A program made the position numbers and the translations under genes. The notes under the pieces are model-generated. The model had not been told where the DNA came from. It made no database searches and saw only the letters and a program-made list of their open reading frames with translations. Positions 16,800 through 25,575 of a DNA stretch of 32,000 nt are shown here, in pieces. How positions within the stretch are numbered: the stretch's first letter is position 1; every line of letters starts with the position of its first letter. The DNA is from Candidatus Heimdallarchaeota archaeon B3_Heim (lineage in GTDB: Archaea > Asgardarchaeota > Heimdallarchaeia > Hodarchaeales > Hodarchaeaceae): NCBI GenBank assembly GCA_003144275.1, contig NJBF01000014.1, positions 55,218 to 87,217 on the forward strand, read 5' to 3'.

Positions 16800-19025
16800 A
16801 TGGAAAATATCCAAAAATTACAGAAATATGGCTCATTAGAAAGCTTTGCACTTGATCAAACAGAAGAATTTCTTCGACCAAAGACCCCCCTAGATTATAT
16901 TTTTACTCTTGCACTCATTTTCTGGTGTATTGTAGCTGTGATATTTTCTGGTGATTCACCTATACGAGCAACATTATTTGGACTTGTTCTCATTTTATTT
17001 TTCGTAATTCCTATTTCTAAATTCTTTTCAAATGATGAGAGAGATATTCCTTCCCCACTTAATAGGGCGGTGAAAATACTCATCGGATTTCTCATCATTA
17101 ACATTTTTTCGTCAGCCTCTGTCACTTTTGAACTCTGGGATATGAATTTTCCAGATTTAACGTATTACGAATTTGAATCTTTGATGGCGTGCATTCTCAC
17201 TCCACTAGCAATTATTTGGAATAGATTCGATTTGAAAACCTTACAATTCGGCTATTTTTATTATGTTGGTGAAGTATTCCGTGGTTTTTGGATAGCTACT
17301 ATAGTCATTTTCATATTAAAGGGTTTTTCCATCCCGTTTTTACCTGCAAGTTTCAATTTCGAATTAGAACTATTACTTCTTGCTGCTCTCACATTTAATA
17401 TCCTCGGGATTATTCTGCCTGGTAACTCACCAAGACAAAATGTTTCAATAAATACTCTTCTACGTCAGAATTTTGCACTGAAGAATAGAGTAGAAAGGAT
17501 TCGTGATGGATTCCTCTCTTCATCTGTAATTCTACTGGCATTCTTGTGGCTTGGTTGGATAGTAAACAGAAAAGAAGTCATTCAATATTTAGCGTTTTTC
17601 TTCTTGATAATTGGGGTGTTACTCTTATTGGCACCTCAAAGAAAAAGAACTAATGGGCTAAATTCAGTTCTTAATTCGCTTACAGGTAAGATTGTTGATC
17701 CTAACAGTCAAGTTGGTAGTCGAATTAATGAATTCGCAAGTGCTATTCAGGAAACATCCTTTGAGAAACCTGCACGAGTTTTTACTATCCCAACAGATGA
17801 CATGAAGATAATAAGCAAAGGTAAAACGTCCATTTCAGCTAAAAAAGGGGTAATAGCGGTCCCTACTGTTACAGAAAAAGGAACAACTCTTGTTTTAATG
17901 GGAAAATCTGAGGTATCGACAGAAACAGAAGAACAAGAGGTGTCTACCAAAGAAGTCGATGGCACAACAACAGTCTGGGTTCCACCTGAAGAATGGGATC
18001 AGATTAAACTTCAGCTCCAATCGAAAAATGTCAGTGAACTAACTGAAAATGAGTTAATGTCTGCAGGCCTTGATTCAGCTTCTGAATTATTCACTAATGT
18101 CAAACAAGCAATATCTCAATTAAAAGACTGGAAGGGCCCTCAAGGGATTTTTTCTTCGGTATTTGATACAACTCCATCAAAATATACCATCACAGAAACT
18201 AAAGATTATACATTAGTACGATTACCAGGAATCTTTGTTTTTGAAAAGCTCGGAGTTGAGCTTGTTCAGATATTAGGAGGAGTAGTTCAAGTTGTAGAGA
18301 TAAAAGGGGTAGGAGAATATGTCAAAATTCTCGGAGGGTTGATTACCGTTTTGGAAACTCCCGATTACTCCTTCGTACAAACACCATTTGTGTCTGTATT
18401 GGAAACTCCTGCAGGGGAAATTGTAAAAGTTTTTGGTATACGTATACAAGATGGAGAAAAAATAGATTTGAACAAAGCTCGCAAAGAAATTACGATGGCT
18501 CAAGAAAGGTTTGATAGCCTCTTTACTGCTCAAGTGGAAACTCTTTTCTCAGGCGAAATGCCGAATTTGCTGTTAACAAACTCTGAGGGGGAAAAGGAAG
18601 GTTTCTTAATTGGTGACTCTGAATATCTAAGTGATCAGGATGTACAACCAAAACGAAAAAGCAGAAAAGAAGATACAAAATCAACTTCCTCAAAGAAGAT
18701 AATAGGCCCTTCAGTTTTTACAAAAACAATTACTATAGGACCACAGACTGACCAAAAAACCGAGGAAAAACAAAAAATTCAGCCAGTAGAATATCAGTAT
18801 GATGAGGAGGGTATTCCAATTGATCATCCCGAGCTTTTATCATTGGATAACGATCTAGCTCAAGTTGAGGATTCTTTGGAAAAAGCAGATGAAAAATTTC
18901 TTAATGACGAAGTATCAGATCAAAAACATGAGGAAATCATTAAGCGATTAACACTGAAAAAGTCTAGAATAACAAAAGAACGGGAAAAATTAGTGGAAAA
19001 AATCAGGTTAAGATTTGTTGATTAA
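16800..19025 (+). CDS. Hypothetical membrane protein: ~8 N-terminal TM helices, soluble region with beta-hairpin-like repeats, C-terminal helical hairpin
   Basis: About eight hydrophobic segments in the first ~280 aa, five 16-19 aa repeats at 18198-18456, and a charged helical C-terminus. Confidence 0.8.
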   Translation: MENIQKLQKYGSLESFALDQTEEFLRPKTPLDYIFTLALIFWCIVAVIFSGDSPIRATLFGLVLILFFVIPISKFFSNDERDIPSPLNRAVKILIGFLIINIFSSASVTFELWDMNFPDLTYYEFESLMACILTPLAIIWNRFDLKTLQFGYFYYVGEVFRGFWIATIVIFILKGFSIPFLPASFNFELELLLLAALTFNILGIILPGNSPRQNVSINTLLRQNFALKNRVERIRDGFLSSSVILLAFLWLGWIVNRKEVIQYLAFFFLIIGVLLLLAPQRKRTNGLNSVLNSLTGKIVDPNSQVGSRINEFASAIQETSFEKPARVFTIPTDDMKIISKGKTSISAKKGVIAVPTVTEKGTTLVLMGKSEVSTETEEQEVSTKEVDGTTTVWVPPEEWDQIKLQLQSKNVSELTENELMSAGLDSASELFTNVKQAISQLKDWKGPQGIFSSVFDTTPSKYTITETKDYTLVRLPGIFVFEKLGVELVQILGGVVQVVEIKGVGEYVKILGGLITVLETPDYSFVQTPFVSVLETPAGEIVKVFGIRIQDGEKIDLNKARKEITMAQERFDSLFTAQVETLFSGEMPNLLLTNSEGEKEGFLIGDSEYLSDQDVQPKRKSRKEDTKSTSSKKIIGPSVFTKTITIGPQTDQKTEEKQKIQPVEYQYDEEGIPIDHPELLSLDNDLAQVEDSLEKADEKFLNDEVSDQKHEEIIKRLTLKKSRITKEREKLVEKIRLRFVD

Positions 19026-19059
19026 CATTCTTGAATTTCAACTTTTGTGTTAGAAGTCT

Positions 19060-21000
19060 TTATGAGATGATTAATGCTTTTAGATCTGAAATTATTGCCT
19101 CAATTTGATATTTTGATTCAGCTAAAATGAATAGATCATTTTTCAATTGCAATTTGCGAATTCGATCCCTCAGAACTTTTTGAATTTCGTCCTGGGAGTC
19201 TAATGCGTTATTTTCAGCCCATTCTATTAATAATGTAACTGAACGGGTGAAATATTCTACCGTTTCCCTTTCTTTTTGGTTCATCAGGGATACTAAACCT
19301 GCGTTATGATATATTGTACTACTCCGTCTCCAACTAATCAGTGCGTTGGTCAGAGACCGATTTCTTTGGTTTAAGATAGAATCTGTCTCCTCCATATTTG
19401 ATAAAATTTCAAATGCGGTGTAAAAATTGCTCGCAGCTTCTTCAAAATTTTCTATATTAAAGGAATTGTTTGCAAAGAGAATTAACACAGGAATTAATTC
19501 AGTTGCAGGAGCTTTGGCAATAGTAAGTAGTTTTTTTGATCGGGAGAGACAATCTCTGGATAGTAAATAGTGATTTTTTTCCATTTCAATCCGTCCAATT
19601 TCATAAGTTATCAACCCTAACAATCGTTGTAGAAGTTCATCGCATTGATCTTCAGGAAGGATGGAAGCAGCATTATTTAATAATGATAATTTTGATTCTA
19701 TATTTTTTACCGTTTGAGCACCATCATACAACGTTTTAAGAGCTGATTGGAAATTGTCCACACGTTTAAATAATGAGGAAGCATGTATTACAAGAGTTAT
19801 TCCTTTGTTTTCATTTTCTAAGGAAAAATATACTTTAGCAGCTAGCATTAAAGATGTAGCAGCTTCCTCGAGCCCTTCATCACTCTTTTTAAGGAAATCA
19901 GCAGCTCTGATTCTTTGTTCAGCAGATTTACGCGTCAAGCCGAGGGCATATGCTGGATTTTCTAGTTTTTCCTTTTCCGCTTGGAGCATTAACTTACTGG
20001 CATATGTCGAAGTATATCTTGCCGCAATCTGACTATCAATTTCTTCAATCAACTTTACTGCTTTCTCAAAACATCCGTTTGCTTCTTCAAAATGATTGAG
20101 ATCTTGATATACTAGTGCCATATCATACTGTATTGAAGCTTGCGATTTAGGGTCTTTTATCCAGACAGCTCCACTTTGAAACAATTCAATTGCATGATCA
20201 TTATCACCTAATTGATACGCCATTTTTCCTGCTAAACAGAAAGCCTGTCCTGACTTTTGAAAATCATGAGCTCTAGAGAAAGCATCAGTAGCTTGTTTGA
20301 AAGCATTTTGTGCATCTTGGAAGTTGTTAGCGGCTTGGAAAATGTTCCCAGATAAAATAAATGCTTCACCCGCTGCTTTATCATCAATATTTTCTAACCG
20401 ATTAGCCACTTTCATAGCTGTCCAAAGTTGATTACGATCTTTGAGTTTATACCATGCCTCACTTGCTGTTTGTAAATCTTTAAGGGCACGAGGAATAGCG
20501 TAATCCGAATCTATATCGGTAGGATCAAATTGGGGTTTTTTCAACGGAGGGTCGCTAATTGAATCTGTAATTTTTTGCCATACTAATCTTGCATTAAAGG
20601 CATCTTTTTCTTCCTTTAATATATCTAAATATGTAAAAATATGTGTATCAAGATGTGTATTTAAAAGATTTGCACTGTCGTGTTTACCAATTATAGCTAG
20701 AAAAAATGGTCGTTCTTCTCCACGAATTGAAGGATCAAACCATGCATCAAATGCCACTCGGGCGAGAATATTTTGTCCTAAACTCAACAAAGGAACACTA
20801 AATTCAGTCCTCTGAGATTGGCCATGTTGACCAAAAACTGTTACTGAAGCTAAATATATTTGTAATGCTATTGATTCAGGGTCGTCGAAAGCCAATGGAT
20901 ATAGAGAAATTATCGATGGTCCCGAGATGTCGTCCCATAGAACCGCTAATATCACATGGTTAAACTGCTGCATATCAAAATGAGGTGAGCTTTCGGACAA
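19060..21000 (-). CDS. uDENN/longin-like N-terminal domain fused to alpha-SNAP-like TPR repeats
   Basis: N-terminus ILAVLWDDISGPSIISLYP ... DPSIRGEERPFFLAII, then helical repeats such as AAGEAFILSGNIFQAANNFQDAQNAFKQA. Start is TTG 21000 (abutting the upstream stop) or ATG 20973. Confidence 0.75.
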   Translation of the reverse strand: MSESSPHFDMQQFNHVILAVLWDDISGPSIISLYPLAFDDPESIALQIYLASVTVFGQHGQSQRTEFSVPLLSLGQNILARVAFDAWFDPSIRGEERPFFLAIIGKHDSANLLNTHLDTHIFTYLDILKEEKDAFNARLVWQKITDSISDPPLKKPQFDPTDIDSDYAIPRALKDLQTASEAWYKLKDRNQLWTAMKVANRLENIDDKAAGEAFILSGNIFQAANNFQDAQNAFKQATDAFSRAHDFQKSGQAFCLAGKMAYQLGDNDHAIELFQSGAVWIKDPKSQASIQYDMALVYQDLNHFEEANGCFEKAVKLIEEIDSQIAARYTSTYASKLMLQAEKEKLENPAYALGLTRKSAEQRIRAADFLKKSDEGLEEAATSLMLAAKVYFSLENENKGITLVIHASSLFKRVDNFQSALKTLYDGAQTVKNIESKLSLLNNAASILPEDQCDELLQRLLGLITYEIGRIEMEKNHYLLSRDCLSRSKKLLTIAKAPATELIPVLILFANNSFNIENFEEAASNFYTAFEILSNMEETDSILNQRNRSLTNALISWRRSSTIYHNAGLVSLMNQKERETVEYFTRSVTLLIEWAENNALDSQDEIQKVLRDRIRKLQLKNDLFILAESKYQIEAIISDLKALIIS

Positions 21001-22782
21001 TTAGATAATCTCCATGAATTTAAGTTTAAGATGTCTGATGTCAATTAAAGCCTTTTTAGAATCTGAACTAGTTTCTAGCATTTGGATTTCCTTGACATTC
21101 TTAATCTCAATCGTAGGTGATAGAGGTGTAAATGATTCTTGGCCAGACATACGTATAATTATGAAAATTTTTTCTTTTGACTCCAAATTCCAGGTTAAGA
21201 GAGAATTTGATTTTTCTCGAACTATGGTCGGCCGAAGATGTATTGGATCAACAAGAGATATACTATAATCAAGTGGTATGCGATCAATTAACGTGATTTC
21301 ATTGGTTGACATATTTTCAATTGTATACATCCAAATGTACTCACAATCAAATGAATCTATAAGTGGTTGTGAAATTTTATTACAGGTGAGTTTACCTGGA
21401 TCAGTTTCAACTTCAGTTATATAGTGGCGAGTTAACGGTTTCTCCTTAAAAACATAATTTGAGGAAAAAGTATCACCAGGGGGTAGATTACTAAATATCC
21501 ATCTAAATAAAGTTGAATCATGTGTTGGAATCCTAACAGGACGAATTTTTTGAGGAGAATACGCTTGATTCACAACTAATTCTGGAGGGATAACGTCTTC
21601 AATCAGTATTTCTTGGATAGCTCCTCCTGTTGTATTAACGAAGTTCAATTGAGCCTCTAAATTCTGATGCAAGGAATGGTATAAATTCAAAACTACAACT
21701 TGACGTTCTTTTCGGAGTATGATCGATCTTTCTACTCGTTTACGTAACACATACTCAATGGTGCCTGTTTTTCCTGGGATCAGTTTTTCAGCTTTCCAAG
21801 TGAATACTGTTCCTTCCTTTGTTTTTTTTCTGTTGTTTAATTCAAAATCTGTCTGGAAATCGACTACTTCCCACCTATATGGAATTCGATCTACTACTTC
21901 AATATCTACGAGGTCTTCTTCGTATTCATTTGTAATTTCCGTTTTAGCAGCATATTCGAGGTCTAAAGTGTCAGTAACATTCATACGTTCTGTAGAAGGT
22001 GCTTCATCTTGTAAATGTTCTGTATCTTCAACTTTTGAGTCTAATTTTGACTCCGTTTCTTTATCTGCCTCCTTTACTTTATTGATGCTGATTTTAGGGT
22101 TAATAGATGATCTTGGTGACAAAAATTTTGTTTCTCCCCTTTGATCTTTTACTACAGCATCACTTCTTATTTTCTTGTCTGATTTTTTTCTTACATTTTC
22201 CGAGACTGCAGCTAATACTGCGAAGGAATTCATTTTAGAGGGATCATCAGTCTTTAATTGAGGGACAATAAAATCTTGACGATTGAAATCAATATCAGTA
22301 TTATTCACATAATCACCGTCATCAAGAGGTAATAAATCTTCTTCTTCCTCCAGAGGTAATATCTTGATATCTGGAAGCTCTTCCTCAATATCAGTATGAG
22401 CAGATTCATCCTCTTCCTGAATGTTTTCCTCATCTGCAGATATTTTTCGTTCTAGGGCATTTAATGCCATCTTAAATTGATAAGTTGCAGAAGTAAAACC
22501 ATATTCTTTTCCCTTATCGACAAGAATTTTCGCTGTTTCAATATCTTCAGTCATTAGATGCCTAACGATAGCTTTTCCATAACAACTGGCAGCCTTATCC
22601 ATTTTCTTAATTTCTAGATAGAAATCTCCAGCAATGGTTAGATATTGGCCTGCTTTTCTTCTGTTACCTTTTGAATCGAAGCATTTAGCTGTTGATTCAT
22701 AGATTTCTGCGGCAATCACCAGAGAGTGGCTAGTAGCGGTTTCAGCTTCCGTTGCTAATTGTTCACAACTTATTTCTGTCAT
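21001..22782 (-). CDS. SNAP-like helical N-terminus, acidic disordered linker, three DUF11-like Ig/beta-sandwich domains
   Basis: AAEIYESTAKCF...KAASCYGKAI; a D/E-rich linker; three ~100-aa units marked by IEVVDRIP, ILIEDVIP and ITLIDRIP, each with a downstream F/L-x-W. ATG 22782 preferred over TTG 22812. Confidence 0.75.
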   Translation of the reverse strand: MTEISCEQLATEAETATSHSLVIAAEIYESTAKCFDSKGNRRKAGQYLTIAGDFYLEIKKMDKAASCYGKAIVRHLMTEDIETAKILVDKGKEYGFTSATYQFKMALNALERKISADEENIQEEDESAHTDIEEELPDIKILPLEEEEDLLPLDDGDYVNNTDIDFNRQDFIVPQLKTDDPSKMNSFAVLAAVSENVRKKSDKKIRSDAVVKDQRGETKFLSPRSSINPKISINKVKEADKETESKLDSKVEDTEHLQDEAPSTERMNVTDTLDLEYAAKTEITNEYEEDLVDIEVVDRIPYRWEVVDFQTDFELNNRKKTKEGTVFTWKAEKLIPGKTGTIEYVLRKRVERSIILRKERQVVVLNLYHSLHQNLEAQLNFVNTTGGAIQEILIEDVIPPELVVNQAYSPQKIRPVRIPTHDSTLFRWIFSNLPPGDTFSSNYVFKEKPLTRHYITEVETDPGKLTCNKISQPLIDSFDCEYIWMYTIENMSTNEITLIDRIPLDYSISLVDPIHLRPTIVREKSNSLLTWNLESKEKIFIIIRMSGQESFTPLSPTIEIKNVKEIQMLETSSDSKKALIDIRHLKLKFMEII

Positions 22783-22798
22783 TATTGATTCTCCCAAC

Positions 22799-23182
22799 CT
22801 ATTTAATCGCAACGAAGGTAGATTTTATAATCAACACTTCGGAAACTCGTGGTGTATAGTCATCTAACGGATCTTTATCATCATAAGGAATTTCTTGGAA
22901 TGTACGGGAGAAAATTACCCAGGCAACTCTTTTATTATCACTTGTGACAAATCGTTTTATTTTTTGATACGCATCCTCTGGTTCATCTTGAAAATATTTG
23001 ATAGACAAATCTTTTACTTTTTGCAGAGAGGTTTTTTCCTGATCTTGTGCATATAAATGCATACTTTCTAACAGATCGGCTTCTTTTGGATTTATTTTTT
23101 TTTCTTTTAACATTTCGACTATTAAGGATCGATTTGTTAAAGAATTCTTTGCCTCTGCAAAAGTTACATTGATAAATGGCAT
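22799..23182 (-). CDS. Hypothetical protein, first gene of the three-gene cluster
   Basis: 127-codon ATG ORF ending 16 nt before the next ATG; no motif recognised. Confidence 0.7.
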   Translation of the reverse strand: MPFINVTFAEAKNSLTNRSLIVEMLKEKKINPKEADLLESMHLYAQDQEKTSLQKVKDLSIKYFQDEPEDAYQKIKRFVTSDNKRVAWVIFSRTFQEIPYDDKDPLDDYTPRVSEVLIIKSTFVAIK

Positions 23183-23411
23183 TACATATAACCATTAACT
23201 TCAGGTAATTCCAGCTTGTTAGTTTTATTGAATATTCGTGATGTTTTAACTTGTGATTTATCGTATAAATCAAGAAATCTCTGAATTATATACTTAGCTA
23301 AACCTATCGAATGAAGAGAGAAATATCATGATAGGAAAAACCGTCCAATTTTCAGAAAATTCCAAAAAATGTCTTAAATAAACCCCCAATGGCTATAAAT
23401 AGGAGATTTAT

Positions 23412-24083
23412 TTGTTTAAACTTCCACAATGTCTTCAAGAAATACGTACTGTCCTTCAAAATAATTCACGCAAAGTTCTCGAAGTTCCTCAAGGATATAG
23501 AAGGGCATCTATTCTTATTCCATTATTTCAAGATGAGAATGAGTGGTATATACTCTTTACTCGGAGAACAGACAAAGTATCTCATCATAAAAATGAAATT
23601 TCATTCCCTGGGGGTAGATATGACGAAACTCTTGATGAAAACTTAGTTCAAACTGCAATTCGTGAAGTTCACGAGGAAATTGGATGTGAAGATGTGGAGA
23701 TATTAGGATTATTAGATGATATATTCACGGTAAGTCAGTATATTGTCACCCCAGTAGTGGGTTATATTTCAGAGGATTTTGATATAAATTGTAATAATCA
23801 TAATTCTGATGAGATTGAGTATATTTTGAAGGTCGCACTAAATAGAATCTCCGATTTTAAGCAATATTGGACAGAAGCCGTACCCTATGAAGGAGGAAAA
23901 CTTTTTCATGTTCCATTCTTTAACTATGGAGGAGAAATCATCTGGGGTGCTACTGGAAGAATTCTTGCGAATTTTTTAAATAATCTAACAAAGATGAATC
24001 TCGAGTGTCAATCGCGAATGATTGGTATTGATCAATGGGAAATACAAGAGGATGAAGATTATTCTAATAATAATAAGGAATAA
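23412..24083 (+). CDS. Nudix hydrolase, CoA pyrophosphatase (NudL/PCD1-like)
   Basis: ASILIPL, ILFTRRTDKVSHHKNEISFPGG (CoAse motif), TAIREVHEEIG Nudix box, IWGATGRIL. TTG start preceded by AGGAGA at 23401-23406. Confidence 0.9.
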   Translation: MFKLPQCLQEIRTVLQNNSRKVLEVPQGYRRASILIPLFQDENEWYILFTRRTDKVSHHKNEISFPGGRYDETLDENLVQTAIREVHEEIGCEDVEILGLLDDIFTVSQYIVTPVVGYISEDFDINCNNHNSDEIEYILKVALNRISDFKQYWTEAVPYEGGKLFHVPFFNYGGEIIWGATGRILANFLNNLTKMNLECQSRMIGIDQWEIQEDEDYSNNNKE

Positions 24084-24115
24084 CCTTCGATCCTAAAAGA
24101 AACCTTATAACTAAT

Positions 24116-25429
24116 CTACTTTGTTAATTCTTCATAGATTGATTTTACATTGTCATACGTAACTTTTAAATCCCGGTCAGTAAGAGTATCGATAACCTTA
24201 TCTAATATCTCACCTTTTGCTCCCATAGATGCTGCAAGATTACGTGCATGCAATTTCATATGACCTGCTTGAATACCAACTGATGCCAAAGCTCGAAGAG
24301 CCCCAAAATTTTGTGCTAATCCTACACATGCCATTATTTCAGCTAGTTTTAGCGCTCCACCAGGAATAGTAAGCTTCATGATTTTAAAAGCAATTTGAGC
24401 AATGGGATGAATTTTCGCAACTCCACCCACCAATCCCACGGCTAGAGGTATTTCTATAGTTCCCACGAGGTCACCCACTGCATTTTTCTCCCATGTCGTA
24501 AGTGAAGCATATTTCCCAGGTTCTTTGATAGCAGCATAAGTATGGACCCCTGCTTCGATTGCACGCCAATCTTGAGCAGTTGCTAGCGCGACAGCATCAA
24601 TACCGTTCATAATCCCTTTATTATGGGTTGATGCTCTATATGGATCCGCCTCTGCGAAAGCATAAGCGTTCAAAATTCCATTTACTACCTCTGTACCTGA
24701 TAATTTTTCAGTTTTGAGTTCATCAGCCTTAAAAATAGCTTTTGCACGGACAAGTCTTCGAACTGCAAGGTTAGAAATTATACGTAATAAAGCTCTACCA
24801 CCAGATAATTTTTCTAATAGTGGTGCTACAGCTTCGTTCATAGTATTTACCGCATTAGCACCCATCGCGTCACGTACATCAACTAACAGTTCTAAAACGA
24901 CCATGGGCTCAGTAATTGTATCCATAAGAACTTTTACATTTATCCCCCTGCATCCCCCTCCAAATTTCACCAAAATTGGATCTTGTTCATTTGCTATCTT
25001 GATAATTTCTTCTTCGTACTCTAAAAACAGTTCCCGAACAAAAAAGGGATTTGGTACGTTAATAATCTGGATTTGGCCAATCATTATTGGTGGTGTACTA
25101 CTTGTTGTGAATCCACCTGCAACACGAGTCACTTTGGCTGAATTGGATGCTGCAGCTACCACAGAAGCCTCTTCTACTGACATTGGAACAAGAACATCTT
25201 CACCGTTGATAGTAAAGTTTGTGGCAATTCCTAGAGGAATTTGTTGTACTCCAATCGTATTTTCTATATAAAAACCTTGGCCTGCCTTGTCTAAAGTAGT
25301 CGAAGATTCGATTAAATAATCTAAATCTTCTTGACTTAGCTGACACAATTCCTTTATCTTTTTTTGTCGATCTGACATCGACATTCTGAAGAAACCTGTT
25401 AAACGAGAATTGAATTTATGATCACCCAT
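24116..25429 (-). CDS. mvaA: Class II hydroxymethylglutaryl-CoA reductase
   Basis: ENTIG, VPMSVEEASVVAAAS, DAMGANAVNT, THNKGIMNG, GIQAGHMKLHARN. ATG 25429 with AAGGTG upstream. Confidence 0.93.
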   Translation of the reverse strand: MGDHKFNSRLTGFFRMSMSDRQKKIKELCQLSQEDLDYLIESSTTLDKAGQGFYIENTIGVQQIPLGIATNFTINGEDVLVPMSVEEASVVAAASNSAKVTRVAGGFTTSSTPPIMIGQIQIINVPNPFFVRELFLEYEEEIIKIANEQDPILVKFGGGCRGINVKVLMDTITEPMVVLELLVDVRDAMGANAVNTMNEAVAPLLEKLSGGRALLRIISNLAVRRLVRAKAIFKADELKTEKLSGTEVVNGILNAYAFAEADPYRASTHNKGIMNGIDAVALATAQDWRAIEAGVHTYAAIKEPGKYASLTTWEKNAVGDLVGTIEIPLAVGLVGGVAKIHPIAQIAFKIMKLTIPGGALKLAEIMACVGLAQNFGALRALASVGIQAGHMKLHARNLAASMGAKGEILDKVIDTLTDRDLKVTYDNVKSIYEELTK

Positions 25430-25575
25430 CAAAATACACCTTGTTGAGGTTTAAAGATGAGGAGAAAAGAGTGTTAAAATTGTTTTTATCGCGAAAAAGA
25501 GAGGGTAGTAGTAGCAAATAACGAAGTAGTTGGTTAAAAAAAACTGAAAGCACAAAAATTATGCTTATCAGATCG

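Noticed and set aside
21898-21912. LVDIE as a clathrin-box motif at the end of the acidic hinge
   Set aside because: It overlaps the first strand of the beta-sandwich (IEVVDRIP) and is probably folded; such short motifs arise by chance.
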